Shown here: one piece after another, positions 51,177 through 60,702 of the stretch
Layout: each line of letters opens with the position of its first letter
Position numbering within the stretch: the stretch's first letter is position 1
Assembly (NCBI GenBank): GCA_963719225.1
Contig: CAVRAY010000001.1
Span: 128,001-192,000, forward strand
Length of the DNA stretch: 64,000 nt
Source of the DNA: Thermoanaerobaculia bacterium
GTDB lineage: Bacteria; Acidobacteriota; Thermoanaerobaculia; UBA5066
Direction of reading: 5' to 3'
Made by a program: the position numbers and the translations under genes
Notes under the pieces: generated by a model
What the model was told of the DNA's origin: nothing
The model's input: only the letters and a program-made list of their open reading frames with translations
The model's database searches: none

Positions 51177-52751
51177 GTGAGAAGAGACCGGCGACGTCGC
51201 GAAGCTTGGGCGTGGGCATCGTTACTCCTCTGCCTCGGCGCCCTGCATGCGGATGCGCGTACGGCCCGTCGGAAGAGGTCCAGACCCCCTCGCCTCGGGA
51301 TCAGCGCCGCGGTGGTGAACGACGCGTCGAAAGCGCCGCGTCTCGCTCCGTCCGCGGCTCCCGGCGCCTCCGTCCTCAGGGCCCAGATCCTTCTCGACCG
51401 TGCACGCTTTTCACCGGGCGAGATCGACGGCCGCTACGGCGCCAACACGCGGCGGGCGGTCGCGGCCTTCAACGACGCGCATCGGCTCGAGGGAGGGGAG
51501 ACGGTGACGGCTCAGACGTGGCCCGTCCTGAACCGGGATGAAGCGCCGGCCGTCGTGCGCTACGTGCTTGCCCCGGAGGACGTCGCGGGCCCCTTCGAGA
51601 AGATCCCGAAGGATACGCTCGACAAGGCGAAGCTTCCTGGGCTGGGGTTCGAGTCGCCGCTCGAGGGGCTCGGCGAGAGGTTCCATGCGAGTCCCCGGCT
51701 GCTTCGTCTGCTGAACCCCGGCGCCGCCTTCGACCGTGCCGGAGTCGAGATCCAGGTTCCGAACGTCGAGAGGCCGCCGCTCCAGAGGGCGCGCGGCATG
51801 AGCGTTCGGGTGAGCGAACGGGATCGTTCCGTGGAGGTGCTCGGAGCGGACGGGAGCCTGATCGCCCGGTATCCCGCGTCGGTCGGGAGCCGCCACGATC
51901 CTCTCCCGGTCGGCAGATGGAAGATCAAGGGCGTGAGGTTCAACCCGGACTTCCACTACAACCCCAAGCTCTTCTGGGATTCCGAGCCGGGTGACGAGAA
52001 GGCGAAGCTGCCGCCGGGGCCGAACAACCCCGTGGGCTCGGTCTGGATCGACATGTCCAAGCCGCACTACGGGATTCACGGCACGCCCGAGCCGTCGACC
52101 GTAGGGCGGACGGCGTCGCACGGGTGCATCCGGCTGACGAACTGGGACGCGCTCGAGCTCGGCCGGCTGGTCTCGCCGGGGACGGCGGCAATGCTCGAGA
52201 AGGAGCGGACCATCTCGCCGGCGCGGTCCCTGAACGCGCCGGCGGCGACCCCGTCACCGGCGCCGACCCCACCCCCGGCGGCCCGGAGCGCGGATCCCGC
52301 GAGAGGCGCTCCGGCTCCGGGCGAGCTCTCGATGCCCGTCGCGAACGTCGATCCACGCACCCTGCACGACGACTTCGCGGAGACGCGAGGGGGCGCACGC
52401 CGGCACGAGGCGCTCGACATCCTCGCACCGCGCGGAACGCCGGTGCTCGCCGCGCACGACGGGATCGTGAGGAAGCTCTTCACGAGCGAGCCGGGCGGCC
52501 TGACCGTCTACGAGTTCGACCTGGACGAGCGGTACTGCTCCTACTACGCGCATCTCGACGGCTACGCGCCCGGGCTTCACGAAGGCCAGCGGCTCAAGAG
52601 GGGCGACCTCGTCGGCTACGTGGGAACGACCGGCAACGCGCCGAAGAACACGCCTCACCTCCACTTCGCCGTCAGTGTGCTCGGGCCCGACAAAGGCTGG
52701 TGGACCGGGACGCCGATCGACCCCTACCCGCTCCTCGTCAAGACTCGCTGA
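51177..52751 (+). CDS. Peptidoglycan-binding + L,D-transpeptidase (YkuD) + M23 peptidase fusion
   Basis: AQILLDR...GEIDG; YGIHGT...SHGCIRL; HEALDI..PRGT, YAHLD and HLHF. Confidence 0.88.
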   Translation: MRRDRRRREAWAWASLLLCLGALHADARTARRKRSRPPRLGISAAVVNDASKAPRLAPSAAPGASVLRAQILLDRARFSPGEIDGRYGANTRRAVAAFNDAHRLEGGETVTAQTWPVLNRDEAPAVVRYVLAPEDVAGPFEKIPKDTLDKAKLPGLGFESPLEGLGERFHASPRLLRLLNPGAAFDRAGVEIQVPNVERPPLQRARGMSVRVSERDRSVEVLGADGSLIARYPASVGSRHDPLPVGRWKIKGVRFNPDFHYNPKLFWDSEPGDEKAKLPPGPNNPVGSVWIDMSKPHYGIHGTPEPSTVGRTASHGCIRLTNWDALELGRLVSPGTAAMLEKERTISPARSLNAPAATPSPAPTPPPAARSADPARGAPAPGELSMPVANVDPRTLHDDFAETRGGARRHEALDILAPRGTPVLAAHDGIVRKLFTSEPGGLTVYEFDLDERYCSYYAHLDGYAPGLHEGQRLKRGDLVGYVGTTGNAPKNTPHLHFAVSVLGPDKGWWTGTPIDPYPLLVKTR

Positions 52752-52771
52752 TCGCCGCGATGCAGGGCCCG

Positions 52772-53040
52772 TCACGTCATCTTCTCCTCGACGCTCCTGA
52801 CCTTGTCCTCGAGCGACTGGACCTTGTCCGTTCGCGTCCCGACGCGGAGCGTGGCGCTCACGCGCGGTACGCCCATGTCGTGCAACACCTCGTGGCACCG
52901 CCGTACGGCGGCGAATACCTCATCCCAATCGCCTTCGATGTTCGTGCCGTTGGCGTGGAGCGCCGTCTTCAGGCCGGCCTCCTTGAGAACGCGCTCGCAC
53001 TCAGCGACGCCTCGACAAGGACAGGCCAACCCCGATCTTC
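52772..53040 (-). pseudogene. MTH1187/YkoF-like thiamine-binding protein with a damaged 5' end
   Basis: LHANGTNIEGDWDEV...GTRTDK; the IGVGLSLS segment is out of frame and there is no clear start. Confidence 0.7.
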
Positions 53041-53100
53041 GGAGAGGACACGGATGTGCGCGCCGAGCCCCTGCCGCGGCCCGCCGGAAATCGCGCGCGC

Positions 53101-53316
53101 ATGAGATTCCAGGTCACACCCGCGGACGCCGCCGTCTACGTCGACGACCGGTACCTCGGACCGGGCGAGGACCTCAGCGCGAACGCGCGTGGCGTCGTCA
53201 CGCAGCCAGGCACGCACACGATTACCGTCGCGCGTCCCGGCTACAAGCCGAAAACCGTCGACGTCACCGCCCACATCGGCGCCCCCGTGGACGTCGTCGT
53301 GGACCTCGAGAAGTAA
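53101..53316 (+). pseudogene. Isolated PEGA-like domain fragment
   Basis: VTPADAAVYVDD.Y.G...PGTHTITV.RPGY. Confidence 0.6.
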
Positions 53317-53347
53317 GCGGGCTCCGTCCCCCGGGCCCGCCTTCATC

Positions 53348-53770
53348 CTAGAAGACCGCGGTACTCCGGCGGAAGGGAACAAGTTGGCGGATGCGGCTGT
53401 CCCGCAGGTACAGGCCGCCCCATGCGAGAATTCCCATGACCAGCGGAATCGCCGCCCGCGCCGTGTCTGCGACTCGTAAGTGAGTCGCCACCGCGCCGCC
53501 GAGATAGCCGGTCATCACGATTGCGGCGAGGACAGACGTCTGCGGGACAAGGTAGAGCACCACCAGGGCACATTCCGCGGTGACGATGGGAACGATGGCC
53601 GATTCGGGATAGCCGTAACCCGCAACGATTTCGGCCACCGCGTTCGTGTGGTGGGTCGCCCTGAACCAGGCGCTGCTCAGCAGCTGCGCGACCACGACAA
53701 AGGAAAGGAGCCGGCCGGTCCAGAGCCTCCAGCGGGGAATGGAGACGTTGCGGGCGGTTTCAGGAGACAT
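53348..53770 (-). CDS. DoxX-like membrane protein
   Basis: LYLVPQTSVLAAIVMTGYLGGAVATHLR; WGGLYLRD.R. Confidence 0.85.
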   Translation of the reverse strand: MSPETARNVSIPRWRLWTGRLLSFVVVAQLLSSAWFRATHHTNAVAEIVAGYGYPESAIVPIVTAECALVVLYLVPQTSVLAAIVMTGYLGGAVATHLRVADTARAAIPLVMGILAWGGLYLRDSRIRQLVPFRRSTAVF

Positions 53771-53803
53771 CGGACCCTCCGCGCTTCGGGTTGTTGTGAC
53801 GCG

Positions 53804-54370
53804 TCAAGGCTGCGGGGCGTTGTTCGGCCAACCGGGAGTCTCAACGCCGAACTGCTTTGCGTACTCGGCGTTCAATCGCTGCCAGCCGCCGAACTTCAGG
53901 GCGTCGGCGCCGACGATTCGTCCGATGGGCTGACCGGCGAGGAGCCGATCCAGCACATCGAAGCAGATGTGCCAGCCCGCAGCGCCCATCGAGATGAAGC
54001 CACGGTCGATCTTGTGCCAGAGCGTGAGGCGCGTGCCGTCGCCGAGCGGTTCGAGCTCCCAGCGGAGGTCGTTGCCGCCCCAGTCGTACTCGAGGAGACG
54101 CGGCGCCTCGGCCGTTTTCACGTTCGTCTCGGAAACTTGCGGGGCGGGCGTCCCGACCGTCGTGAGCTTCACGGGCGCGCTCGTGTCGAGGTTCCGATCG
54201 GCGTCGAACGGGGCCCACTCGCGAAGGTGCGCCGGATCCGTCAGCGCCTGCCAGACCCGCGCCGGCGGATGACGGAGATCGCGGACGAGGACGAGCGTCC
54301 ACTTGTCCCCTTCCTTTCGCACTTCGGCTCCGGCCGCGGGGCCGGGCGCGTAATTCTCGCGGCTGCTCAT
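53804..54370 (-). CDS. SRPBCC (Aha1-like) domain protein
   Basis: HPPARVWQALTDP..L.EWAPF; LRWEL; AAGWH. Confidence 0.9.
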   Translation of the reverse strand: MSSRENYAPGPAAGAEVRKEGDKWTLVLVRDLRHPPARVWQALTDPAHLREWAPFDADRNLDTSAPVKLTTVGTPAPQVSETNVKTAEAPRLLEYDWGGNDLRWELEPLGDGTRLTLWHKIDRGFISMGAAGWHICFDVLDRLLAGQPIGRIVGADALKFGGWQRLNAEYAKQFGVETPGWPNNAPQP

Positions 54371-54699
54371 CGCTTCTTTCCTTTCCCGGATGTCCTTTCC
54401 ATCCGATCGAGATGGCGTTCGAGCGCATCGACGTGGGCCGACCAGAAGCGCCGGAAGGGCGCCAGCCAGGCGTCGACCTCCCGGAGCGGCTCGGGCCGGA
54501 GCCGATAGACGCGGCGCTGGGCGTCGACGCGCGCCTCGACGAAGCCGGCCTCGCGCAGCACGCGGAGGTGCTTGGACACGGAGGTCTGGGGCATTCGCAG
54601 CCGGCGCTCGATCTCGCCGACGGAGCGCTCCGACGTCGCCAGCAGACTGAGGATCGACCGGCGGTTCGGCTCGGCGATGATCGTGAACGTTGCGTCCAT
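54367..54699 (-). CDS. ArsR/SmtB family regulator
   Basis: IAEPNRRSIL; VSKHLRVLREAG.V; start ATG 54699. Confidence 0.92.
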   Translation of the reverse strand: MDATFTIIAEPNRRSILSLLATSERSVGEIERRLRMPQTSVSKHLRVLREAGFVEARVDAQRRVYRLRPEPLREVDAWLAPFRRFWSAHVDALERHLDRMERTSGKGKKR

Positions 54700-54705
54700 G
54701 GATTT

Positions 54706-54743
54706 AATATACGCATCAGTGCATATGCCTGTCAAGGCATATG
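54706..54743 (-). promoter_or_regulatory. Leaderless sigma70 promoter with an operator palindrome over the -35 box
   Basis: Minus strand reads TTGACA-18 nt-TATATT-6 nt-ATG. CATATGCCT-GTCA-AGGCATATG (54722-54743) is a perfect 9-bp inverted repeat. Confidence 0.75.
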
Positions 54744-54834
54744 AATGCGGCCTCTCCCGGCCGCGCGACGCGGGGAGCACGATGAGGCCGAGGACACTGG
54801 TTCGAAGAACTGCGCCGACGGTGAAGTCGTTCGC

Positions 54835-55557
54835 CTACCCCTCGAACGTCTCCGCGAGCGCCCGGAGGAGCGCGGCGCCGTCGCCCGCGAACGCGCTCCC
54901 GTGCATGCAGGCCAGCGTGGTGGGCGCGAGAGCGGAGAACCGGAGCAACGACTCCCTCGTCCCCTTCGCCTGGGACCAGTAATCGATCGCGCCGCGAAAC
55001 GCCTGGCTGGGCCCGAGCACGTCGTCCGTCGTGAGAGCCACAGTGCCGGGGCCGGGCTGCGTGAAGAGGTCGCCGCATAACAGGGTCCGCGTGGTCTCGT
55101 CCATCAGATACCCGCACTCCCAGCCGTGCGGCACGTGCGGCGCGTCGATCCACCGGAGCACGGTGCGGCCGATCGTGAGCGGCTCCCCATCCGCGAGCGC
55201 GCGCGGCGGCTTGTCCATGCCGTCCGCGTTGATCATCGCGTTGACGCGTCCACACAGCGGTTCGGCGTGCGGCGCCGCTTTCAGGAACTCGTTGAGCGCC
55301 CCGCACTCGTCGCTCTCCCAGTGTGAGAAACCGATCCAGCGGAGGCGCTCTACGGGGAGCACGGTCGCGATCGCCTCTGTGACGAGCGGGAACAGGGAGC
55401 GCCCGCCCGTGTGGAAGAGCAACGGCTGCTCGTCGACCAGCAGGTACTGATTGAAGCTGAAGGCGCCGCCCGGTATCCGGACCGGCGTGTTGATGCGATA
55501 GAAGCCGGCCCCGACCTCGTGGATGTTCGTTCCGCTGGCGGCATTCGTCACGGGCAT
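54835..55557 (-). CDS. Metallo-beta-lactamase-fold protein (flavodiiron/ODP-like domain)
   Basis: FNQYL; SHWESDECG; PHVPHGWE; LLCGDLF; CMHG. Confidence 0.85.
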   Translation of the reverse strand: MPVTNAASGTNIHEVGAGFYRINTPVRIPGGAFSFNQYLLVDEQPLLFHTGGRSLFPLVTEAIATVLPVERLRWIGFSHWESDECGALNEFLKAAPHAEPLCGRVNAMINADGMDKPPRALADGEPLTIGRTVLRWIDAPHVPHGWECGYLMDETTRTLLCGDLFTQPGPGTVALTTDDVLGPSQAFRGAIDYWSQAKGTRESLLRFSALAPTTLACMHGSAFAGDGAALLRALAETFEG

Positions 55558-55646
55558 GCGTCTCTCCTCGGCGGGAGAGTACCGAAAGGGGCGGCTCCCC
55601 CAAGCGAGTTCAGAGATCTGACGGCCCGCTGTTCTAGGATAGGAAC

Positions 55647-56072
55647 ATGAAGAAGTCGGGCGCGAGCGAGGGTCAGCCGGCATCGGAGCTGATCTCTGAC
55701 CGAATCGCCGAACTCGGGGATTGGCGCGGGGAAACCCTCGCCAGAATGCGCAAGCTCATCAAGGAAGCGGCCCCGGACGTCGTCGAGGAGTGGAAGTGGG
55801 GCATTCCGGTCTGGTCGCACGGCGGGATCATCTGCACCGGCGAAACGTACAAAAAGGTCGTGAAGCTCACGTTCGCCAAGGGGGCCGGTATCCCGGATCC
55901 GTCGCGGCTCTTCAACTCCAGCCTGGGCGGCAACACGCGAAGGGCGATCGACATCCCGGAAGGGGAGAAGGTCGACGCGCGCGCGTTCAAGGCGCTCGTG
56001 AAGGCCGCCGTGGCCATGAACGGCCCGCCAGCGAAAAAGCCGGCGACGAAGAAGCCGTCGACAAAGAAGTAG
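55647..56072 (+). CDS. DUF1801 domain protein
   Basis: DWRGETL; VVEEWKW; VKLTFAKGA; FNSSL.GNTRRAID. Confidence 0.88.
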   Translation: MKKSGASEGQPASELISDRIAELGDWRGETLARMRKLIKEAAPDVVEEWKWGIPVWSHGGIICTGETYKKVVKLTFAKGAGIPDPSRLFNSSLGGNTRRAIDIPEGEKVDARAFKALVKAAVAMNGPPAKKPATKKPSTKK

Positions 56073-56076
56073 ACCC

Positions 56077-57687
56077 TTACGGCCGCCGCTTCCCGCGCTT
56101 TCGCTTTCGAACGGAGAGCGGCGCCACGGGGATGCTCGCCTCGATCGCCACGCCGGGCCGGCGCCCCGACCCCGTCAGGTGCGCGCGGCGGAAGCGGATC
56201 GTCCGGCCGTCCTTCTCGAACTGGTCGTCGTTGATCCTGACGAGGCCTCCACGCTCCAGGGCGCCGAGGAGATCCTCGAAGAGCCGCCGCTCCATCGCGG
56301 GGAACTGCTCCACGACCTCGCGATGCAGCTGCCCGGTCGTCTGCCCGTCCCGCCTGCGAAGAAGCTCGAGAGCGCGCCTCAGCGCGGCCTCCTCCATCGC
56401 GGTCGGCGCGCGCAGCGCCGTGGCGACCCCTGCCGAGGGGGCGCACGAATCGCAGATGCCGCAGCGTGCGCCCGAGTCCTCCTGGTCGCCGAAGTGCCGT
56501 ACGAGCTGGAGCATCCGGCACGCCGAGCCCTCGGCGAAGCGGCGCATGAGATCGAGCTGGGTCCTGCGATGCTCGCGCTGCTCCTCTTCCGACCCCGACA
56601 AGACCCGGTCTTCCGGGTAGTCGCGCTCGAGGAAGAACTCGTGCGTGCGCGCGTCGCCGTACGAGTGGAGGAGGATCGCCCGCGACGGGAGGCCGTCCCG
56701 TCCGGCGCGCCCGATCTCCTGGTAGTACCCTTCGACGCTCGCGGGAAGCCCGGTGTGGATGACGGTCCTCACGTTCGCCTTGTCGATCCCCATCCCGAAC
56801 GCGATCGTCGCCACGATGACCTCGGCGCTCCCGTCCAGGAAGCGACGTTGCACGTCGTCCCGCTGCAGCGCCGTCATTCCCGCGTGGTAAGCCACCGCTT
56901 TCACCCTGGCCGGGAGCTCGTCGGCAAGAGACGTCGCCTCGCGCCGAGTCGGCGTGTAAACGATTGCCGGTAGCCGTGCCGAGTCGGCGAGCACGTCGCG
57001 CACGAGCTCGGCGCGCCGGCTCGGGGGCGCCTCGGTCACCTCGACCGCGATGTTCGTCCGCCGGAAGCCGTGGATGAAACGGCGGCCATTCGTCATGCCC
57101 AGCTGAAGGGCGATGTCGTCCTGCACGCGCGGCGTGGCCGTGGCGGTGAGGGCGATGACCGGCGCGGGGCGCAGCAAGGGGAGACGCGCTCCGAGCAGCC
57201 GGTAGTCGGGTCTGAAATCGTGCCCCCACTGGGAGATGCAATGCGCTTCGTCCACGGCCACGAGCGAGGGCGTGCGCCTCGCGAGCATCTCGGGAAAGCC
57301 CTGCACCGAGAGCCGCTCGGGCGCGATGAAGAGGAAGTCGAGCGTGCCGCCCAGGTAGTCACGGCAGACCTGGCGCGAGACGACGCGGTCGATGCCCGAG
57401 TGGATCCGCTCGGCGACGAGCCCGAGCGCGCGGAGTTTGGCGACCTGGTCCTCCATCAGGGCGATGAGCGGCGAGACGACGAGCGTGGTACCGGCCCGGG
57501 CCAGCCCGGGGAGCTGATAGCACAACGACTTCCCCGCGCCCGTCGGCATCACGAGGAGCGCGTCACGTCCCTCCGCCACGGTCCGGCAGACGGCCTCCTG
57601 GAAGGGGCGGAACGCGCCGTGCCCGAAGACGCGCTCGAGAAGCGGGCCGAGCCGGTCGCCGGCGGGCCGGTCTTCGTGATCGTTCAG
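56077..57687 (-). CDS. recQ: RecQ-family DNA helicase (start codon unclear)
   Basis: MPTGAGKSLCYQ; DEAHCISQWGHDFRP; TATA; ATIAFGMGIDK; YYQEIGRAGRDG; CR...CGICDSC. Confidence 0.85.
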   Translation of the reverse strand: MNDHEDRPAGDRLGPLLERVFGHGAFRPFQEAVCRTVAEGRDALLVMPTGAGKSLCYQLPGLARAGTTLVVSPLIALMEDQVAKLRALGLVAERIHSGIDRVVSRQVCRDYLGGTLDFLFIAPERLSVQGFPEMLARRTPSLVAVDEAHCISQWGHDFRPDYRLLGARLPLLRPAPVIALTATATPRVQDDIALQLGMTNGRRFIHGFRRTNIAVEVTEAPPSRRAELVRDVLADSARLPAIVYTPTRREATSLADELPARVKAVAYHAGMTALQRDDVQRRFLDGSAEVIVATIAFGMGIDKANVRTVIHTGLPASVEGYYQEIGRAGRDGLPSRAILLHSYGDARTHEFFLERDYPEDRVLSGSEEEQREHRRTQLDLMRRFAEGSACRMLQLVRHFGDQEDSGARCGICDSCAPSAGVATALRAPTAMEEAALRRALELLRRRDGQTTGQLHREVVEQFPAMERRLFEDLLGALERGGLVRINDDQFEKDGRTIRFRRAHLTGSGRRPGVAIEASIPVAPLSVRKRKRGKRRP

Positions 57688-57701
57688 ATCTCCGCCGGAC
57701 G

Positions 57702-60215
57702 TCAGGGCTTCGCCGCGGCCGCCGCCTTCGGCTCGGCGGCCGTCCCGCGCGGCTGCGCCTTCTTGACGTACGTGTCGAACCAGCGCAGCTCCTCGTACGC
57801 GAGCTGCTCGTTGGACTCCATCGACGCGTACCAGTGCGGCTCGTGCGGCAGCATCACGAGGCGCGCCGTGCCGCCGTTTCCGCGGATCGCTTCGTAGAGC
57901 TTCACGGCCTGGAGCGGCGTCGTCCCCGGGTTCGCGTCGTCGGCGCCGTGCATGATCAGGAGCGGAAGCTTGATCTTGTCCGCGAAGAAGAACGGCGAGA
58001 CCTGAAGGTAGACGCTCTGGCCCTTCCACACGGAGCGGCGCTCGTTCTGGAACCCGAACGGCGTGAGCGTCTTGTTGTACGAGCCGCTCGTCGCGACGCC
58101 GGCGCGGAAGAGGTCGGTATGGGCGATCAGATTCGCCGTCATCAGCGCGCCGTGGCTGTGTCCGGTGACGCCGATGCGCTCGCGATCGACGATCCCCGTG
58201 CCGACGGCGGTGTCGACGGCCGCGCGCGCGTCCTCGACGAGCTGCTCGAGGTACGTGTCGTACGCCTTCCTCGGATCGCCGACGATCGGGAACGCGGCGT
58301 TGTCGATGATGGCGTATCCGGAAAGGAGCAGCAGGCGGTAATCGGCGAGGCGCGTGAACTCCCGCTCCGAGCCGGTGATCTGCCCGGCCGTCGCGGTGCT
58401 CGCGTAGTCGAGCGGGTACGCGTAGAGGATCGCCGGGATACGCGTGCCCTCCTGGTAGCCGGGAGGCGTGAGCAGCCGGAACGAGAGCGGCGTGCCGTCC
58501 TTGCGCGCGTACTTGATCAGGCGCTGCTTGACCCCGCGAGCCGCGGGGGTGGGATCCGGGATGTGGGTCACGGCGCGCGTCGTCGACGCGATCGCGGCCT
58601 CGCCGGGTTTCACCGAGGAGAGCGGCCCGCCGAGCGTGCGGAGCATCGCGTTCGGCGGATCCGTCGGCGATTGGTGCCACGTCAGGAACGCACGTGAAGT
58701 GGCGTCGGTGAACGTGAGGAAGGACTCGAGCGCCGTCCAGTCGCTGCGGAAGAGGCGCACGGGCGTGCGCGACTTCAGGTCGAAGCGATCGAGGAACGGG
58801 CGGTCGCCGTCGACCGACGCGCCCCGGCCGCGGAGGAAGATCGCGCCACCCTCCTGACGCACGACGTGCTCCCCGTTCGGCAGCGTCCTCATGACCGGCC
58901 GGCCGGGGTCTTTGTAGCGCTCGTCGCTCGACAAGTCCCACAGGACGTCGGGCTTCGTCGCCGGATGGTCGACGTCGGCGAGAAAAATCCGTCGCCAGTG
59001 CTTGTTCTCGTCGTACTCGTGGAGGAGCGCCACGTCGCGCCGCTCGCTCCAGTCGAAGCCGTCATACCGCTGCTCGGTGCGGGCGATCTCAGCGGCGGTC
59101 CCGCCGAAGGGCGCCCTCAGCATCATGACCTTGTCGCGTGCGGGCACGCTGACGTTCCAGTCGCCGCCGTCGAGCGCCTCGGCCCAGACGAGCGTTGCCG
59201 GTTCGGTCGGACGCCACTCGAAATCGCGCGGGCCGGTCGGCACGCCGGCGATCGGCACGCGGTCTGCGAGGGGCAGCTTCGCGAGCGTTCGGGTCTTGCG
59301 GCCGGCGCGGTCCCAGAGCTCCAGTTCGTGTGCGAAGTTCCCGTACGTCGTGACGTACGAGTACGGCTTGTGGATCGTGGTCACGAGCAGGTTCTCGCCG
59401 TCGGGCGAAGCGTCGACGTCGGTGATGATCGCCGGCTCGCCCAGCGGCGTGATCGCGCCGGAGTCCGCGTCGACGAGGGCGATCTGGCTGGTCGCGTAGT
59501 AGTCGAAGAGGTCCTCGTCGTGCTTGCTCGAGAGCGTGTCGCGCGTCTCGTAGGTACTGCTCTCGCCCTTCTCGCCTTCCGTCTCCTGGATGCTCGGGCC
59601 GACCGATGCGGCCGAGTCCGCGGGCGGGGGCCCCGAATTCGCCGGCACGAGCTTCACGAGGAGCGTCTTCTGGTCGGGCATCCACTGCAGCGAGCTCCCC
59701 AGCATCGGATTCAGCCGGGCGCCGCCGAAACGCCGGATCGCGCCGGTTTTGGCGTCGCAGATCCACGGTTCGACGGAATCCTTCGAGGTGTTTCGGAACG
59801 CGAACCGCCGCCCGTCGGCCGCCCATGCGAAACCGTCCACGCAGCCGTCCGGCGGCAGCGTCACCGGGGTCTCGCGGCTGCTGGAAACCTCGACGAGGGT
59901 CAGCGTCTGCGCGCAGGGCGCGATTCCGTAACCGCCGGGAGTGTCGTGCTTGCGCCGCGTCCGCGGCTCGACGCGCACGCCCGCGAGCCTGAGGAACGGC
60001 TCGGCGACCTGAGCGATCGGCGGGTACCTGACCCACGAGACGAGAAGAATCCGGTCGTCCGTCGGGCTCACATAAGGACTCGGCGGCGAAGGCGCATGCA
60101 GGACGTCGAGGACGTTCTGCGGCGGCTTGTCGTAGCCCGATCTCGCCGGGAGCGCCGCGGCCACGTGCAAGGCGAGGGCCGCAAAGAACGTGACGCGGGC
60201 GGAGCGTGAACGCAC
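57702..60215 (-). CDS. S9 family serine peptidase, secreted
   Basis: GHSHG nucleophile motif; HGADDAN; LPHEPH; N-terminal propeller and signal peptide. Confidence 0.9.
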   Translation of the reverse strand: MRSRSARVTFFAALALHVAAALPARSGYDKPPQNVLDVLHAPSPPSPYVSPTDDRILLVSWVRYPPIAQVAEPFLRLAGVRVEPRTRRKHDTPGGYGIAPCAQTLTLVEVSSSRETPVTLPPDGCVDGFAWAADGRRFAFRNTSKDSVEPWICDAKTGAIRRFGGARLNPMLGSSLQWMPDQKTLLVKLVPANSGPPPADSAASVGPSIQETEGEKGESSTYETRDTLSSKHDEDLFDYYATSQIALVDADSGAITPLGEPAIITDVDASPDGENLLVTTIHKPYSYVTTYGNFAHELELWDRAGRKTRTLAKLPLADRVPIAGVPTGPRDFEWRPTEPATLVWAEALDGGDWNVSVPARDKVMMLRAPFGGTAAEIARTEQRYDGFDWSERRDVALLHEYDENKHWRRIFLADVDHPATKPDVLWDLSSDERYKDPGRPVMRTLPNGEHVVRQEGGAIFLRGRGASVDGDRPFLDRFDLKSRTPVRLFRSDWTALESFLTFTDATSRAFLTWHQSPTDPPNAMLRTLGGPLSSVKPGEAAIASTTRAVTHIPDPTPAARGVKQRLIKYARKDGTPLSFRLLTPPGYQEGTRIPAILYAYPLDYASTATAGQITGSEREFTRLADYRLLLLSGYAIIDNAAFPIVGDPRKAYDTYLEQLVEDARAAVDTAVGTGIVDRERIGVTGHSHGALMTANLIAHTDLFRAGVATSGSYNKTLTPFGFQNERRSVWKGQSVYLQVSPFFFADKIKLPLLIMHGADDANPGTTPLQAVKLYEAIRGNGGTARLVMLPHEPHWYASMESNEQLAYEELRWFDTYVKKAQPRGTAAEPKAAAAAKP

Positions 60216-60249
60216 GCCGGAAGCCTAGCATCCTCTATCGTGCCGATCG

Positions 60250-60609
60250 TCAGGAGCCCGGAGATTCCCGGTAGCGTGTCAATGCCCAGACGGCAAGGAT
60301 GGCCACGCCCGCGTCGACGAAAAACGTTCGCGCAGGCGAGCCGGGGCCGGCTCGCAGCAAACGCGGCATGGCGAGCACGAGGACGACTCCGACGACAAGC
60401 TCGACGATCCCATGGATCGGAAAGGGGATCACCTTGACGAGACCAAGAGGAAAGCGCGTGAACAGTGTCATCAGGAGATGGACGACCGCGAGCCCCCATG
60501 AGACGGCCGCCACGTAACCGTTGAGCCCGAAGAGGAATGGCGCGAGAAGGAAGACCGCCACTGTGACGAGATCGAGAAAGCCATGGAGGCGCGCGCTCAG
60601 GACATTCAT
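60250..60609 (-). CDS. Small four-TM membrane protein
   Basis: HGFLD...APFLFG...T.FPLG...IHG.VE pattern. Confidence 0.7.
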   Translation of the reverse strand: MNVLSARLHGFLDLVTVAVFLLAPFLFGLNGYVAAVSWGLAVVHLLMTLFTRFPLGLVKVIPFPIHGIVELVVGVVLVLAMPRLLRAGPGSPARTFFVDAGVAILAVWALTRYRESPGS

Positions 60610-60702
60610 GAACTCATTATCGCGCGCGCACGCGAAGCCAGGATCCCGGGAGTAGACTGACCGCGATCACGAGAGCCCGCCGTCGTTTTCGGAGGAGCCT
60701 CC

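Noticed and set aside
57702-58941. N-terminal extension of the 954-aa RecQ ORF
   Set aside because: Alternate-frame overlap with the S9 peptidase; composition is not protein-like.
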